Notes: a model not told the origin generated them from the letters alone. Counted from the stretch's first letter, positions 39,201 to 53,100 are shown. The stretch is 64,000 nt of DNA from Lytechinus pictus (GCF_037042905.1 NC_087245.1:38752001-38816000), one strand, 5' to 3'. A program made the numbers and translations.

Positions 39201-42200
39201 TTATTTTGATTAAAAGGAATTGCATCTTTTACAAAAAGAACCTTTTTGAATTTGATTGGTCCGTAAAAGGGTTTATATCCTCTTGGTGTACTAGAAAATT
39301 GTCTAATTCTCAGTTCATCTAACACCTTGGCTTAATCCGCTTCAGTACCATGGGGCAGCATAATGGTTCTGAAATCAGGGGGAGTGGCAGGTGCTGACCA
39401 TGCCAAAATACAATCAGATGGTAATTTTATATTTTTGTCCATGTTTATTGATTTAAAAAAAAAAGGGGGGAGCTGATAGCCCTGGAAAAATAAGTTTAAA
39501 GATCAGATTTGTTCATTTAGATTTCCATCAGACATGGACATTATTGTGGACAGTTATAAATGCTTGGATAAATAATAATAGTTACATATTGATTGCACAT
39601 GATAGCTACATGTATGTTAAAAATAGATTTGAAATAAGTTTTCCCATAGTTATGCCTTGTTGTATTGTAGTCTACCTATTTTTACATTACAATTTATGTA
39701 GCTTATGGGGCCATCATTCTGAGATGATGGCTATTTCTTTCTGTCACAATTTTGCCCAAAATACTTGAAGTTTCATGGAAATAACTTCCTTTTTCTGAAG
39801 TTTTGTTACCGATACAATGCAGATGTTTGCAATGTTGGTTGGTTTGCGAGGTACCCATGCCACGAATTCTCTTTCGTAGGGAGTCCAATCATCTGCCAAG
39901 AGCGAAAGGCAGGGGTGCTCCTCGAGCCATCGGCCAAGACCGTTCCCGGGAGCCTGTAGAGATGAGGTTACCGAGGCAACCAGCCCAAGCAGCCGCAGTA
40001 GCTCAACAGCGCCACCAGCAACTTCGACAGCAGCAGTATGGCACCGTTCCTTCGGCTCCGGAACCCCAGGTCAATGGCACAGCACCAGGTAAGTCTATAC
40101 ATTAGGTGAATTCAAGTCCGGTGTTGGCCTTGGTGTTGAACTTTGGATTGCTTCCCCTAGCTCCAAAACTTATTCAGAGTTTGCAAAACTGATCCAGATC
40201 ACATTATTGACATCTCAACAACTAGTGAGTGACTTTTTGGGACCATCTTATTTATTTTATGTTAGATGTTATAATCGTGTAAAGATTGACCTAACACCAA
40301 ATCAAAAGGTCAACACTGAACTTGAAATCACCCATTGTTGCTTGTTAAAGATTCTTGTAACAGCACATTAATAATTGTGCTGTTTTGTCAATCATAGTTT
40401 AACCAGCAAATTTCAGGGAAATAAACAAATCTTTCTTTTTAATTGTTTAATGTTTATTTCTGTCTTAGATTTAAAAAAGTTTTTAAAAAGATCTAAAAGC
40501 AGTTTTAATAACAATAAGGAGAAAATATGCAAATATGGCAAGGGGATTAAAATCCCCCAAATATTATCCAGATGAAAAGCAAACTATTTTTTAACTTGTT
40601 CCTCTATTTTCAGAGGACATCAATGAAGTATGAATTCATTCTTTCAACAACCTACCAAAGTGCCTCAGTATAACCTGTCCATGTTATCTTTCAAGTACAT
40701 TTTCTTTATCAGTGTCTCATTTCTTTCTCTCTCTCTTTCAGCACCTGTGCAACCATCAGCTGTGGCTGGTCTAGGCAGAGGTCAGTTCAAAGGTCGTGTC
40801 ATGGCAGCCAATCTATGGGGTGCTCCCCCCCAACAGAACCAACAACCCTCAACCAAGCCTGGTGGACTGGCTCAAAGCTCCTGGGCAATGCACGTAAGTT
40901 ATGCAAATTTATTCTGATTATTATTCAGGAATGCCAATTTTCAGGTTTTACTCGGAATTCAACTTTTTTCCCCGTTATCTGTCTTATTTCCGGGTTTCAG
41001 ACTTTTCCTCTTTTCTGTATTAAAAAAAGTTGGAATATCCCTCCTTTCTACCCCCCACTCTCTCGATCGCTCTGTATGTCGATTGACCGAATAAGAGATG
41101 TATACACGCGCGCGCTTACCATAAATTTCCTCTCCAAACCAACACGCGTCGACCGGTCACCGTCAACCATCCTCACCGGGGGCAGCGGTATGGACTGTGC
41201 ACAACATCGCGCTAACTTGCTGCGCTGGCCATGTGACTTGCGACCGTATTTGGTACGTCGCAAGCACAAGGTGTACGAAAGGGCTCGGCCTAATTTTTCT
41301 AACTGGATATTTTTTGGATCATCAAACTTTTCCATTGAATTTGACATATTTGTGGGAAAATACTTGTAACTATGCAACCATCACCAGAGTCTTTGGATTA
41401 TGATTCTCTGCCACTGCACTGTAAGATACACTTGACTCTCACTGAATAACTAAGCATCATGTTACAAACACAATCAGAGATTGTGCTCACTACTATTTAT
41501 CATTTCAGGGGATAGCATGTGATTTTGGAGAATTATTGCTGAATTTACCCACAAAACCACCAATTAAGTGTCATTGTGGGTTTCTTCTACAATTAGAGAA
41601 ACTATTTTGCTACATGTTATAGGGAGTCGTCACTGTCCTTGGGCACTGCCCCTGCCAGCAAACAAATTTCAGGGTTTTTGGAGGACACCTAGTGGCATCC
41701 CTGATTATTGTTATTCACGTCTCCACACTAACTTTTTTTTTTTTTTTGTCCTTCAGCTGTGGCAGGTGTTGGCAGAGGTCAGTTAAAAAAAAAAAAAAAA
41801 AAAAAATTAAAATTTTAAGTTTACAGGGTTAGTTTAATGTGGATCTAACGTTGGCTGTTCCGTTTAATCTTAGATCGTATTTAGATCTAGACTATATTGG
41901 AGACTTTTAATTGGTTCATAAAAGCCCTAATACACCTATGCATTGCGAACACCAAGCCTTTGAAAGGTTAAATAGTAGGAGGGAGGAGGATGCATTGAAT
42001 AGAGTAAAGTGGAGGAAGGGGGAGAGGGCGATCTCTGTTGGTGCAACGTATAGCCTGCCAGCCACCCCTGTAGTAGAGGACTAAACCGGATTTAAAAGCC
42101 TGGATGACTGACTAAAACCCAGCACAGTGAAACATATTTAGTAGATCCCTTCTTATACACTTTCAAAGCAGATTCAAATCCTGGATGACTAGTAAAAATC

Positions 42201-42590
42201 CAGCACAGTGAAACAAGGAATAGTAAATCCTTTTTATACCCCCGCCAAACGAAGTTTGAAGGGGGTATATAGGAATCGGTGTACGGTCGGTTGGTCGGTC
42301 CATTGCAAATCTAGAGCATCAAACTACTTCCTCAGTTTTTAACTGATTCTCATGAAACTTGGCACACACATTGGTGTCAGGGTAAAGATGTGCAAGACAC
42401 ATTTTTGGTAGTTTATTCACCTTTTATGCGTACCCCCTCTCATTCTTTGAACATACAGCAAGCTTCCTCTGGGAACAGTAGCTCTGGTCCTCCGTCCCTA
42501 GAAGACGACTTCCCTCCTCTTGGTGCACCTCAGCAGGCTCACATCGGACTCGGGCGCGGTCTTGGACGCGGCAAGGTCCTCCAGGGATAG
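33288..42590 (+). CDS. GTSF1: Gametocyte-specific factor 1 / Asterix-like protein with two CHHC U11-48K-type zinc fingers, 323 aa; exons 33288-33482, 35463-35589, 37391-37492, 39071-39125, 39880-40088, 40742-40893, 42459-42590
   Basis: Two C-x5-H-x9-H-x3-C fingers ([21 protein letters not shown] and [21 protein letters not shown]), central tryptophan motifs (ENWDE, EYWG) and a low-complexity Q/P/G tail. GT-AG introns have consistent phases (972 nt). The last four exons are less certain than the first three. Confidence 0.88.
33607..35262. mobile_element. Non-autonomous TIR element with 6-bp TSD
   Basis: caggcctgccaacc / ggttggcaggtctg; GGATAG on both flanks. Confidence 0.75.
33847..35078. mobile_element. 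Tc2/pogo-like non-autonomous element nested in the previous one
   Basis: Perfect 28-bp TIR ccgtaagtaacggtgtattaaccgcacc with TA TSD. Confidence 0.85.
36695..36983. mobile_element. Harbinger-like MITE, ggcccgtattctgaag family
   Basis: TIR and body shared with 37965-38278. Confidence 0.8.
37143..37291. mobile_element. Short MITE
   Basis: ggggagcgtttcat / gtgaaacgctgccc; related copy at about 50335-50497. Confidence 0.6.
37965..38278. mobile_element. Harbinger-like MITE
   Basis: TIR ggcccgtattctgaagtc / gacttcagaatacgggcc, TTA TSD. Confidence 0.85.
38335..38650 (+). mobile_element. Degenerate tRNA-derived SINE
   Basis: Decayed A/B boxes; body shared with 12212-12450. Confidence 0.5.
40926..41703. 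mobile_element. Non-autonomous TIR element with 6-bp TSD
   Basis: caggaatgcca / tggcatccctg; ATTATT on both flanks. Confidence 0.7.
42231..42410 (+). mobile_element. 5' fragment of a DINE-1/HINE-like element
   Basis: tttttataccccc...gggggtata IR followed by (GGTC)n-like microsatellite and atgaaacttggcaca. Confidence 0.6.
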
Positions 42591-45309
42591 ACTGATCGCT
42601 GGGATACAATACTTATGCATGATGGGTAAAGTTTATTTTTCACGAGACACACGGATGATTTGTAAAGGATTCTAAGAATAAAGTGAAATTACAAAGCCAG
42701 ATATTCACAGTTTATGCTGCAAAAGTTTGCCAGATCGTGTGCGTTGGTTAGGAAACTGTCAAGTGCTTGTTGTTGATGTTGTTTTTGGTTTGAAGCTATT
42801 TTTTTTTAAAAGGAAATACTGCTTTCTGCACCATTTTCTGTGCAATCTGTTTTGAAACGTGTCTTAAGAGTATCGTCATATGCACACGACATTCGCAGCA
42901 CATATGAAATGCTTGCAAAGTATTTGAAAATCCCTTGTCGGGTCATGAAAGATTTATGAATGTCCCGCTCAAGTCATGAAGTTAGCTAGCCCTTCTATTT
43001 ACAATTTAATGTAGCTTGTGATTCTTTGGTCATTGCTGTAGTCAGTGGTGCACACAACATTTGCACCAAGGTTGAGGAACTTCCCTAAAAACTGCAAGAA
43101 TTGTTCTACAACTCGGTTGCAGGGAGAGATTCAGAGAACGCTTCTCTGAATCTGGACTTGAAATATTTTTGAAGAAGAAAAAAACACTAACACACCAAAG
43201 TGAAACAAAAGAAGGTAATTGTTCTTTTGATTTATTGTCAAATATCATTTTCATTGTCAAATAAGTGGTGATTTTCAAGAGTCATTATAGTTTTGAAAAT
43301 GGGTCAAGATTATTTTCCCCAATTTAGAAGGATATAATAAATACATGTTTAGTTTTCCAAAGATAAAGATAGATTTTCAACAAATGACATCAGTTTTTGT
43401 ATTGATAAGTTGACTTGGGTATTTTGTCTCCGGCTTGAGAGGAGTTATGTTAGTATCATATTTTTATGCCAGATTTGTGACTTTGTAGGGTTTTTTTGCC
43501 AGGATATGTGGTCATACTTCCGGGTCACACACAACTCAGTCTTGTTTATTGTTGGAAATATTTGTTCTTTCTGGTCTCAAATAGTATACGAAAGAATATG
43601 AACAGGAAGTATTGTGGGTCATATTTTTTCTAACATTTCTTTGTATAGTTCTTTTCAAATGATAGATTTATGCATACATATAGTTTTTTCAAATGTAATT
43701 TTAAGAGAGATTCATTGTTTATTCTGATGTTGATTGCGTTATAGTTGTCAAAATTTGTTGTTGTGTCAACGCGAGTCGAAATGAAGACAATAAGGTCTAT
43801 AGTTGTGTTTCTTTATATTTCAGTTATTTCTAACGAAAGAGATCTTTTTTTAGAAGGTACCTTCGATATTATCTGAGAGTATAAGACGCTCTTTTTCTGC
43901 AATACCAACTATCCACAGTTTGCAACTTTGTTGATGTCTTTAGTCTGCTCAAGTGTGCTTGCAGCTTATTCTTTGTTTGGAGGATCATTATTTAGAATTT
44001 TATCTAACCTACTAAAGCCACATTGCTTGCTTTCAATTATATTTCCACTGCTTTCCCCTCAACATTGTATTATAAATGTACAGTGATATCAAAATTTCAT
44101 TTAAACTATTAAAGACATGTTTTTACCTATGTTCACATTTATAAGCTATCATAATTTCATTGTTATCATACTTTTGGTTTGTTTACCTCAATATGGATCA
44201 TCAGCATGTTGCAGATACGTTAATAATGTATTTATGTTTTGTATGTGTTTCCCAAATATTTCATTTAGTCGCACATAACTTAATACAAAGATGAACATCT
44301 TTATACTTTGGCCATTTAATATCCTTGATGTTTAGAGGGTAGATTAAAGTCTGTATTTAGCATTGGTAAAGGGTCAGTAAATGAGAAGTATATTTGAGGC
44401 CAAAAGTTAACATACACCCATGAAATTTAGTGAAATTTGTTCGCTTGCCAAACATAAAATTTACTATATCTTCAGAAATATAAATACTACCATGACGAAT
44501 TTGTTATCAAATGAAAGAGAGTATTAAGCTCTTTCACATGACTGGGATTAAAGGATATTTCAGGTGGAATTTTCTTTGAAGAAAAAAGGTAATATTCGTG
44601 CCAAATGTATTCTATTTTTTTATATATTTTCAAATAATGTTTCATAGAAATTTATAAATGTCAAATCTGTGATTTATATTACATTTTCTATCATGATATA
44701 GCACCACTGAACAAAATAGTGTAATCTGAAGTGTTTGTGTTGAAAAGTAACTAGCACAGATAGGAAATGTTTTTGTCAAATTTTTATTTTTGATTTGTCT
44801 AAAATATGAAGATTTTTTTTGGGAAAAAATGGCACCTTAATATTTTTCAGCTCCTGATGACAAACCAATGAGATGAAGAGGCATGACATACTCATATGTT
44901 TGATATCAAATTTGTCATGATAGCACAAATATTTTATGATGTTTGGCAAGTGCCAACTTTTAATATTCAAAACACACATATCTTGTGACCCCTGTCAGCG
45001 ATATTTTTGTTTTCCTTTAAAATGGGACTTAAAAGCATTCATCTCACAAATTTAGGGATTGGATTTATAAAAAAAAAGCTTCAGACAAAGATTATATACA
45101 GCAATTTTCAGCCCAGTCTCTTCTTTAGAATGTGTCTTTTTTATCAAATAGAAAAACCACACAAATATTCATAGGGCACCCGATTGAAATACTCTTTTAT
45201 GTGAAATTGTAAAATTTATCCTGAAAAACACATTTTCATTCCTTATCCTCCACATTAATAGTGGACTAGTCATAGCCACAAACATTTCGGGGGATTTACC
45301 AAAGCTTAA

Positions 45310-45898
45310 AGGTCAAATTCACCTCAGAAAAATGTTGATTTGGATCCATAGAGAAAAATCAGACAAGCATAATGCTGAAAATTTCATAAAAAACGGATGT
45401 AAAATAAAGTCATGACATTTTAAAGTTTGGCTTATTTTTCACAAAATAGTTGTATGCACAATTTAGTCACATGCAAATGAGAGAATCGATGATGTCCCTC
45501 TCTCACTATTTTGTTTTTTATTGTTTGTATTATACATTATTTCAATTTTTACAGATTTGACATTAAGGACCAACTTGACTGAACCATAAAATGTTTGACA
45601 ATGGTAATTCCACAAGTTCATGGAGAAATAAAACTTTGTTTCACAGGACAATGAGAAGAAAATTAGAATATTTCATATGATAAAATAGTAAAGAAATAGT
45701 GAGTGAGTGATGACATCAGTTTCCTCATTTGCATACCGACCAGGATATGCATATAACTGTTTTGTGAAATTAAGCGAAACTTAAAATTGTCATAACTTTC
45801 TTATTTTACATCCGATTTGGATGAAATGTTCAGTGTAATGTTTGTTGGATTTTTCTCTTTTTATTCAAATCATCTTTTTGTTAGGGTGGACTCGTCCT
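45310..45898. mobile_element. Kolobok-like MITE (third family)
   Basis: ttaa|aggtcaaattcacc ... ggtggactcgtcct|ttaa with an internal palindromic organisation. Confidence 0.75.
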
Positions 45899-48800
45899 TT
45901 AAAGACTTTAATTTCAGCGAAAGAAGCAAATTTTTTTTTATAGTTTTGACAGAATGAGTGGTAAATACTCTACACTCGTGCATGATCTAGAATATATGAA
46001 AGATTTCAACAAATGGGAAGTCATTGACTATATTAAACAAGTGGAGAATAATTGAGCTTCCCCATACTCCATGTCACCTGCCAAGAACACAGATATCATG
46101 TTTTTCAGGATAATTTGTATTAGTATGGTGGTACAATAAAAATTTTAAGGCATTTCCTGTTTGACGTAAAAAAAATTCTATTAAGATTACAAGAGATGCT
46201 GGAAGAGTGATCTTGACTGATTCATTCATTTATTTTCACATTTCATGAAAAGAACATTAAAATACAGTGCACAAAGTTAAAGTCAAATTGAATTTTTTGA
46301 GTAATCACCCCATGTTGAGCTTGCATATTTGTTGGGTGAAGTTGGGTTGTGCCTTTAATGCTTCATGTGAGATGACAATTTCCAGAGCACTCTAGTATAC
46401 TTTTATACAAAATTGCGTAACGTTCATTCCATTACTTTTGCTTGAAGTATTGTTGAGTTGTGTTGTATATTAAGACAGTTCATTAAAATTTCTTTGATTT
46501 ATTTTGATATCATTGATAATGTTTTTCGTTGGTAATATTCAATCACGCTCCCTTCGAGTATATTTTTTTTGGTAGTTAATGAAATTTTACAGTGGCATTC
46601 ATATCAAGATGGTATTGATTGAAGATGTGTGTGTTGAGGGTTTTTAAGATTGCACTTAGATTTGGAGAGAAAAAAAAATCAATCCTTTCAGTGAAAACAA
46701 ATGCATCTTCCAGAACCGAGTACGGATGTGTTATTCATTTTGAGGTATTTTTTATTGAAGTATGTCCATCACATTTTAAGATGCACAACAGACTATTGTA
46801 AAGGCATGATCTTGCATGAAATCTTGCACAAGTGTTGATTTAATAGTTTAAGTCAGTGAAAGTATGTGAAAAAAATTCTTGCCATCAGATTTGATCAACT
46901 TCTCTGATTAGTGATTGTCTTTCATAGGTATAGTATAATGACTTCAGGGTTATATGGTAAAAACTTGTTTTGGTCTGGAGCATATAAGTGCCATTTCAAA
47001 CTGATTTGCTGACTTCACAGTTCAACAAATGAACAATGACTCTTCCTCCGCCAATGAAAAATAAGCAGCCAATACTTTTTTATATTACGTGACATCCATG
47101 TGCTGTTTTTAAAAGGATAATTGTTACTTGGGATCGTAAAATCAGTTGTTAATTATAAGGAAAGTCCACTTAAATTATAATAATAATAGCCATTTGTATA
47201 GCACCATCTATCTAGTAACAATCTATTCCTAGGCGCATTGTTATTATTATTACCCCGGCTTTAGCTCGAGCTGCCTTTCAGCGCTAGTGCATTCAATTAA
47301 ATTCAATGGAATTAAATAGCAGAGCCCTGTACCATAAAGTTTAAGGTGTATCTCACTGAGCGGTGGATGCTTTACACAAGCAATGCAAATTTTAGGATTT
47401 GCCAACTTTTCTTTTGAGTGATGCTAATGAATGTTTGTAATATCAAAGTCTATTTGCGAACTGCTACAAAACGGGGGAAAATATGTTAGCCTACGTTCGT
47501 TACGCATTTTTATCAGTGGGTAGATTTCATGCAGGAGCCATGTAATTATGTCACTATCATTTGGCAAATTACGAGATATACAAATGTTTTGCAAACGGTA
47601 GCAAGCGGTGGCAGAAAAATAGATTCGCAAAGAAATTTTCAACATTTCTTTGCGACAGGAAGAACTGCTTGCAGCAATGAAAACCTTTCACAAACCTTGT
47701 GCAACCTTTTAGGAACACTGGCTAAATTTCAAATTCGCTACATAGGCAAGCATTGCTGCTCCGTCAGATATCCCTCGAATGATTGCCCGTAAGGACAAAT
47801 CCAACTTGCATAAAACAGTAGCAATCAAATGAGAAATAAATAAAAACATGGAGATTGAGATGATTGTCATGTATGCAATTTAATTAATTAGGAACATTTG
47901 GTTTTGGTTGAAAGAGCAGTAAATTTTCAAGCAAATGTTGTTTACATTGGGGAAAGAAATTACTGTTTGAGAACTGCTGGCATTTGAAAAGTTAACCTCG
48001 TTCAAAATTCTTCAAATAAAACAATATCTATTGGGACCGAAAGAGTTGATACTTCTGCTACACCAATCTAAAGTCCGATGTCAAGAGCTATGTTCAAGAC
48101 TTTTAACCAATCTAGACTTGGAAGTATGGAATGCAATTTTGTGTGTGACAATCAAAACTTGGGAAATATGCATAGATGTGAGGTTTTTGTTTACTTTTTT
48201 ATCTTCTGTAAATCGATGTTTATGAAAATTTTTATCGTAATAAGTAATCATATCTATGTACAAAATATTAACTGCAAAATGATACATTTTACCTTGCTTA
48301 TGATTGCGTTTAAAAAAAAAGAAAGATGTCCTAACTGTAGGCAGTTTCAGCTGAATTAAATATGTATTTGTATGTTTATAGCAAAACTAGAAATCTACTG
48401 TATAGAGAATTGTTATTTTCATGTGTTTTTGTGTAGAAGAATACCGATTCAAGGAAAATGAGATCTTTGGATCAAGATAGCTTGTGTCAGATAAAATTAA
48501 AATGAGATCAACAAAAGTTTGAGTAAAATTGGATAAAAAATAAGATCCATTCATTGATCTGTTTCTTTTATTCTCCCTTTTTATATAATCCAACTGTTTC
48601 CAATCGTTTCATTCTCCTTTCATAGCTGTAGATTTGCATCAGAGTGTACTGTTTTATTCAGTCAGTTTTGTTTACACCTTAATTTCAAGTGTATATTCCG
48701 TTTGAATTGAGAAGCAGAAGAATATCGGAAAATTACACGGGGGCTGGGTAGTCTGCTGTGCAAACCCTTCACTCGAGTTAAGGGTCTAAATTGCAGCCTA

Positions 48801-49474
48801 CTCATGCTTTGTGTACCGAAGGCCCCTGAATTGAAACAGCAAGTTTTGTATGTGCTAGTCTGCGTGGAGACGCACTTGTTGATCAAAGTTTCAATCAGGG
48901 TCTGTGCCTGCAGACTAGGGGCTGGGGGCGATGTAGCCCCCGAAATGCGCGAAAGAATCCTGGAAACTGATAAAGGGAGCTCTTGAAATCTTCATTCATA
49001 GCAAGTTTAGAGCTTATCCTATGTTGCTGATTTAGGTGTTTGTGAAAAGTAGCCCCTGAGAATAAAAAAAATTTGCCTGAAGAGAAGAAATGGCACATAC
49101 TGAAATTACCATTCTTACATTATTGAAATTAGGGCCAAGATTTTGGACATTTCTAAGAAAAAAAAAATCTGAAAACCATAATCTCCGTTTTGCTTAATGT
49201 CTTGCCGATTATTTCTCTCTCCCTCTCTCTCTTTCTCTCACCTATCATTTGTGTAAACATGCATAGCAATCTGTGTTCTTTCATTCACCGTCTTAAAATC
49301 AGCAGCAGCAGTAATCCATATATTCATTATCATCATTGTTCTTGTGATCATTATTATGATTTATTATCAAGTGCTTCTCTCATAAGGTCCAAATGGGGGC
49401 ACACTTATTGGGTATGATTGATGCTAGAATTTAACTTCTAGAACTCCAAATAATTGGGTTCCAATGCGTTTTAA

Positions 49475-50145
49475 CCCTACCTAGGCTGGGGGCCCCCTCA
49501 ACGATTCGCGCAATGTTTTGCGCTGCGCGAAATTTTTTGACTGCGCCGCTTGCTTACTTTTTACTTTCAAGTCTTGCACATCTTTTGAGACCAAATTTGC
49601 GACACCCGGGTACGCGGTTCCGAAATTATGCAACATTTTGTACATGCATGTCAGACCAAAAATTGCTCCAAAATGTGATTTCACGTTCAAAGTCAATGCA
49701 AATTGTGTTTTCAACCAAAAATCATGAATGTATGATTTTATAATTTTGCAGGTCTAAATGGATTTATTTTATGCTGTTTATGATCTCAAGAGTCCCTGAC
49801 AAAAGTTCATCGAAAAAACAATGGAAAACAAAAGGTCAATTTTTTGCTACGAGCACCACAAAGAGTTTCTACACCAGAATTTAGAACATTTGGAGCTTTA
49901 TTCAGGGAATCAGAGAAAAGAATGATTTTGCATACTAATTATGCATGAATTATGCATGAATTAGCATAATCAATTAATAGCAATTTGCATGAAATGAATT
50001 AATACAGAATTTTGTAGATTATGTCCCAGACAACCTGCGTGCCAATTTTCGGCGTGATTGTGCGATCAACGGCCAAGATCTCAAGGGGGAGGGGGCCTGC
50101 CCCCCCTGGCCATATGATCTCCCAAGATGCCCGGCCTAGATAGGG
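49475..50145. mobile_element. Non-autonomous piggyBac-like element
   Basis: ttaa|ccctacctaggctggg ... cccggcctagataggg|ttaa. Confidence 0.85.
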
Positions 50146-53100
50146 TTAAAGAAGATTGATTATTCTGCAGGCACAGAACTTTTGTTTTTCACAATTTCAT
50201 TGTGTATCAAGCAGAGTCTGAGGTAATGAGACTAGATTCACTATGTACTAGTACTGTGGCTGCCACTTATTTTACACAGGAGTCTAGTCTTCACTCAGAC
50301 ATTGTATAATTGTTCAAATTGGCTAAGTAATCAGAGGAGTGTTTCATCAACAATTATGTGCGGTAAGTTGTCAGTTATGACAATTTTCATTGATCCTGAT
50401 TAGCCCGTGAAGCACTGTTACTATGGTAACTTATATAAGACAAGACTTGTACATGAAGGATGAAACATCCAACAAGTCTTTTTATGAAATGCTCCCCTTG
50501 TTATTAATTAAGGGAAAGGAGAAAGGAAAGAAAAGGGGAAATAAATGAGGGGAGAAGAGAGAGAGAAAGAGAAAGAGCAAAAAAGCATAGAGAGAGGGGG
50601 AAGAAAAGAAAAGGGGGGGGGGGAATAAAAAAAAAAGAACCTCTACCCATTAGCCTAGGTTTTATATACAAAGGGCACAGCTTGCCGAGATTTTTTCAAA
50701 GTGATTCAAAGCATCTTGTTTTAATGGTAGTTGCAACTGATGGCAAAGTTACCATCAATTGAAGATTTTGTGCAACCGGATCCTTATATCTCACTTAACA
50801 AAACACTCGTAATTGGCCATGTGACGTAATAAAAGATACGGGTTGACACTGCTTTGTCATTATAGGGATTGAAACATTTTAATAATCCATATCATAATGA
50901 TAAAGAACGAAAACCGGGATAACGTTTGAAAATAATGGCAAACAATATGATAATACGTAAATCAAACACATCAAAGTCGGATGTGCAGAGTACATAAATG
51001 AAACTGTTAATGAAGATGTTTCTTCTCCATTAAAATGCTCATTCATTTTCAGATGCAGAGAGATATAAATCAATATGATAATGATAATAATATGATTACA
51101 CGTCCAAACAAAAAGTCATAAGAATCATTATGTTTTTGATACTTTGTGACTGAATATCAAGTATATCGCAAATACATCAGATAACTATTGAAAAACAAAT
51201 ACCAACTACACGGAGACTACTCATCGGCTTTTTTCTTACTCAACTGCTTTTATATGATAACAAAAACAATGTTTCACATTTAGGTGAGACATTGCTCAAA
51301 TATTAACAGACAATAAGATTTGGTCCCACAGAAAGGTTTTAAGTAAAGTCAATACTTTGCCTACAATTAACTAAAAAGAGCCACATATTTTTCATGATAT
51401 ATCACAAATTAAAATTCGGTATCATTTGCTTTTCCGTTCTACATCAATACATGACATTCAGAAGGAAAAACAAAAAAATTATTAGCACATTAATTAGGCA
51501 AAATGGGAATGTCGGTTGCAGGGAATTAGTCATCTTCGATACAGGGAGAATCCTGATCTTTTCATATATTGCAACTTTTCCCCATTAAATAAATAGGACA
51601 ATCGTTTTTGCTTTAATACCGGTAATGCATATGAATTCAAACCAAATATGTCCATATATAAAGATAAATACAATTAATGCTTTGTCCTTTCATCTTTAGC
51701 TAATTATATTTTTTTTCTTCTATCTGTTGACCAAGTGAAGTGAAAAAAAAAATCAAACACATCAAACTATTGATTAAAATATTAAATGCGCAAATATTTT
51801 CATTGCAACTTATAAAGTGCTCATATATCTACTCTATAGAGTGCTAAAGGCGCTAATATTTTCATTATCAAATAGCATTTTCCTGAAATGAGCATGTTTC
51901 TTTACACTGGCAAGGATGAATAAGTATAAATGTATATCAATAATTAATGGCAGTAAATTTTGTACTGAGGTCATGCTTTTCTCATGTTTTTTTAAATGGA
52001 AAATGAACAAAATTATTGTGCTTCATCATTTCATCTTTCATTTCAAAATAATGTTTTAGCCTTCCACCAATCAAATAGGCACATTTATTTTATATTGACG
52101 GTATATGGACGAATGCCTTCCCTTTCTATAACTGGTCAAACAGGGTCTGACAAGGTGGGCATTAACATTTTTCCAATAATAACTAATTAATGTTTAATAT
52201 TGATAAAGAAAAAAAACTCAAGAATTTTATTGTTTGCCCTTCCCTCAAATAGATTTGTCCCAATCCCCCTTCACATGCCTCTACTGATTCTCAATGTTGA
52301 AGCCAATTTTTAGGCAATTGAAATATTTTTAAACTATCAATGTTACACATGAAAAAATTGTGTGTCTATAATTATTATAAAGGGGTATAAGAAATCAAAA
52401 GCTCAGCGAAAGATATAGCTATTGTTTTTAAATATACAATTTTCAAGGAAGATACATAGTTTTTCTTAATAAATATTACAAGATTTGGCATATGTCACGG
52501 GGAAAGATGCCTGTTAAAAACAGAATGATAATTCGCAAATGTCAGAGATGGAACATATAAAACATCTAAACCAAAAGTATAGATTATGCTTAAACTAAAT
52601 ATGTTCTAATTTCACATTCCGTACATAATGAATATAAATACATAAGTACATTTTACCTGATACATATAAATACAAGATAATACATAAACAACATTCATAT
52701 TCATATAACATATATTTATTGATTGTATCATGGATTTTTTTTTCTTTGTCTTAAGAGGTCGACAACAAATTTTTTTCGTTTGTTTCCAATTCGTAAAGTA
52801 AATCCACTGAATATAATCGTTAAAAAGTAGTAAATAGTCCATAAATGTCCATTACATATTTGCATATTATTGGTATATAATACTTGTAAATAACAGTACA
52901 ATCTGGTAGAGAATTAGAAATTACATGTATACATTTGGGCAAGTGGTGAAAATTGATTTTAGCTACATCTATAAAATCAATCTAATCAGTAAAATAGTCT
53001 AGTAAGAAAGAAATAAAATACATGAACATCTAAGTTGGCAGATGTATTTGTAACACAATTTAATTTCCACTAAAATATTTTCTACACTATAGGCTGATTG

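Noticed and set aside
40815..41377. 184-aa and 109-aa ORFs as transposase or novel gene
   Set aside because: They lie mostly in a non-autonomous element and show no recognisable domain or DDE motif
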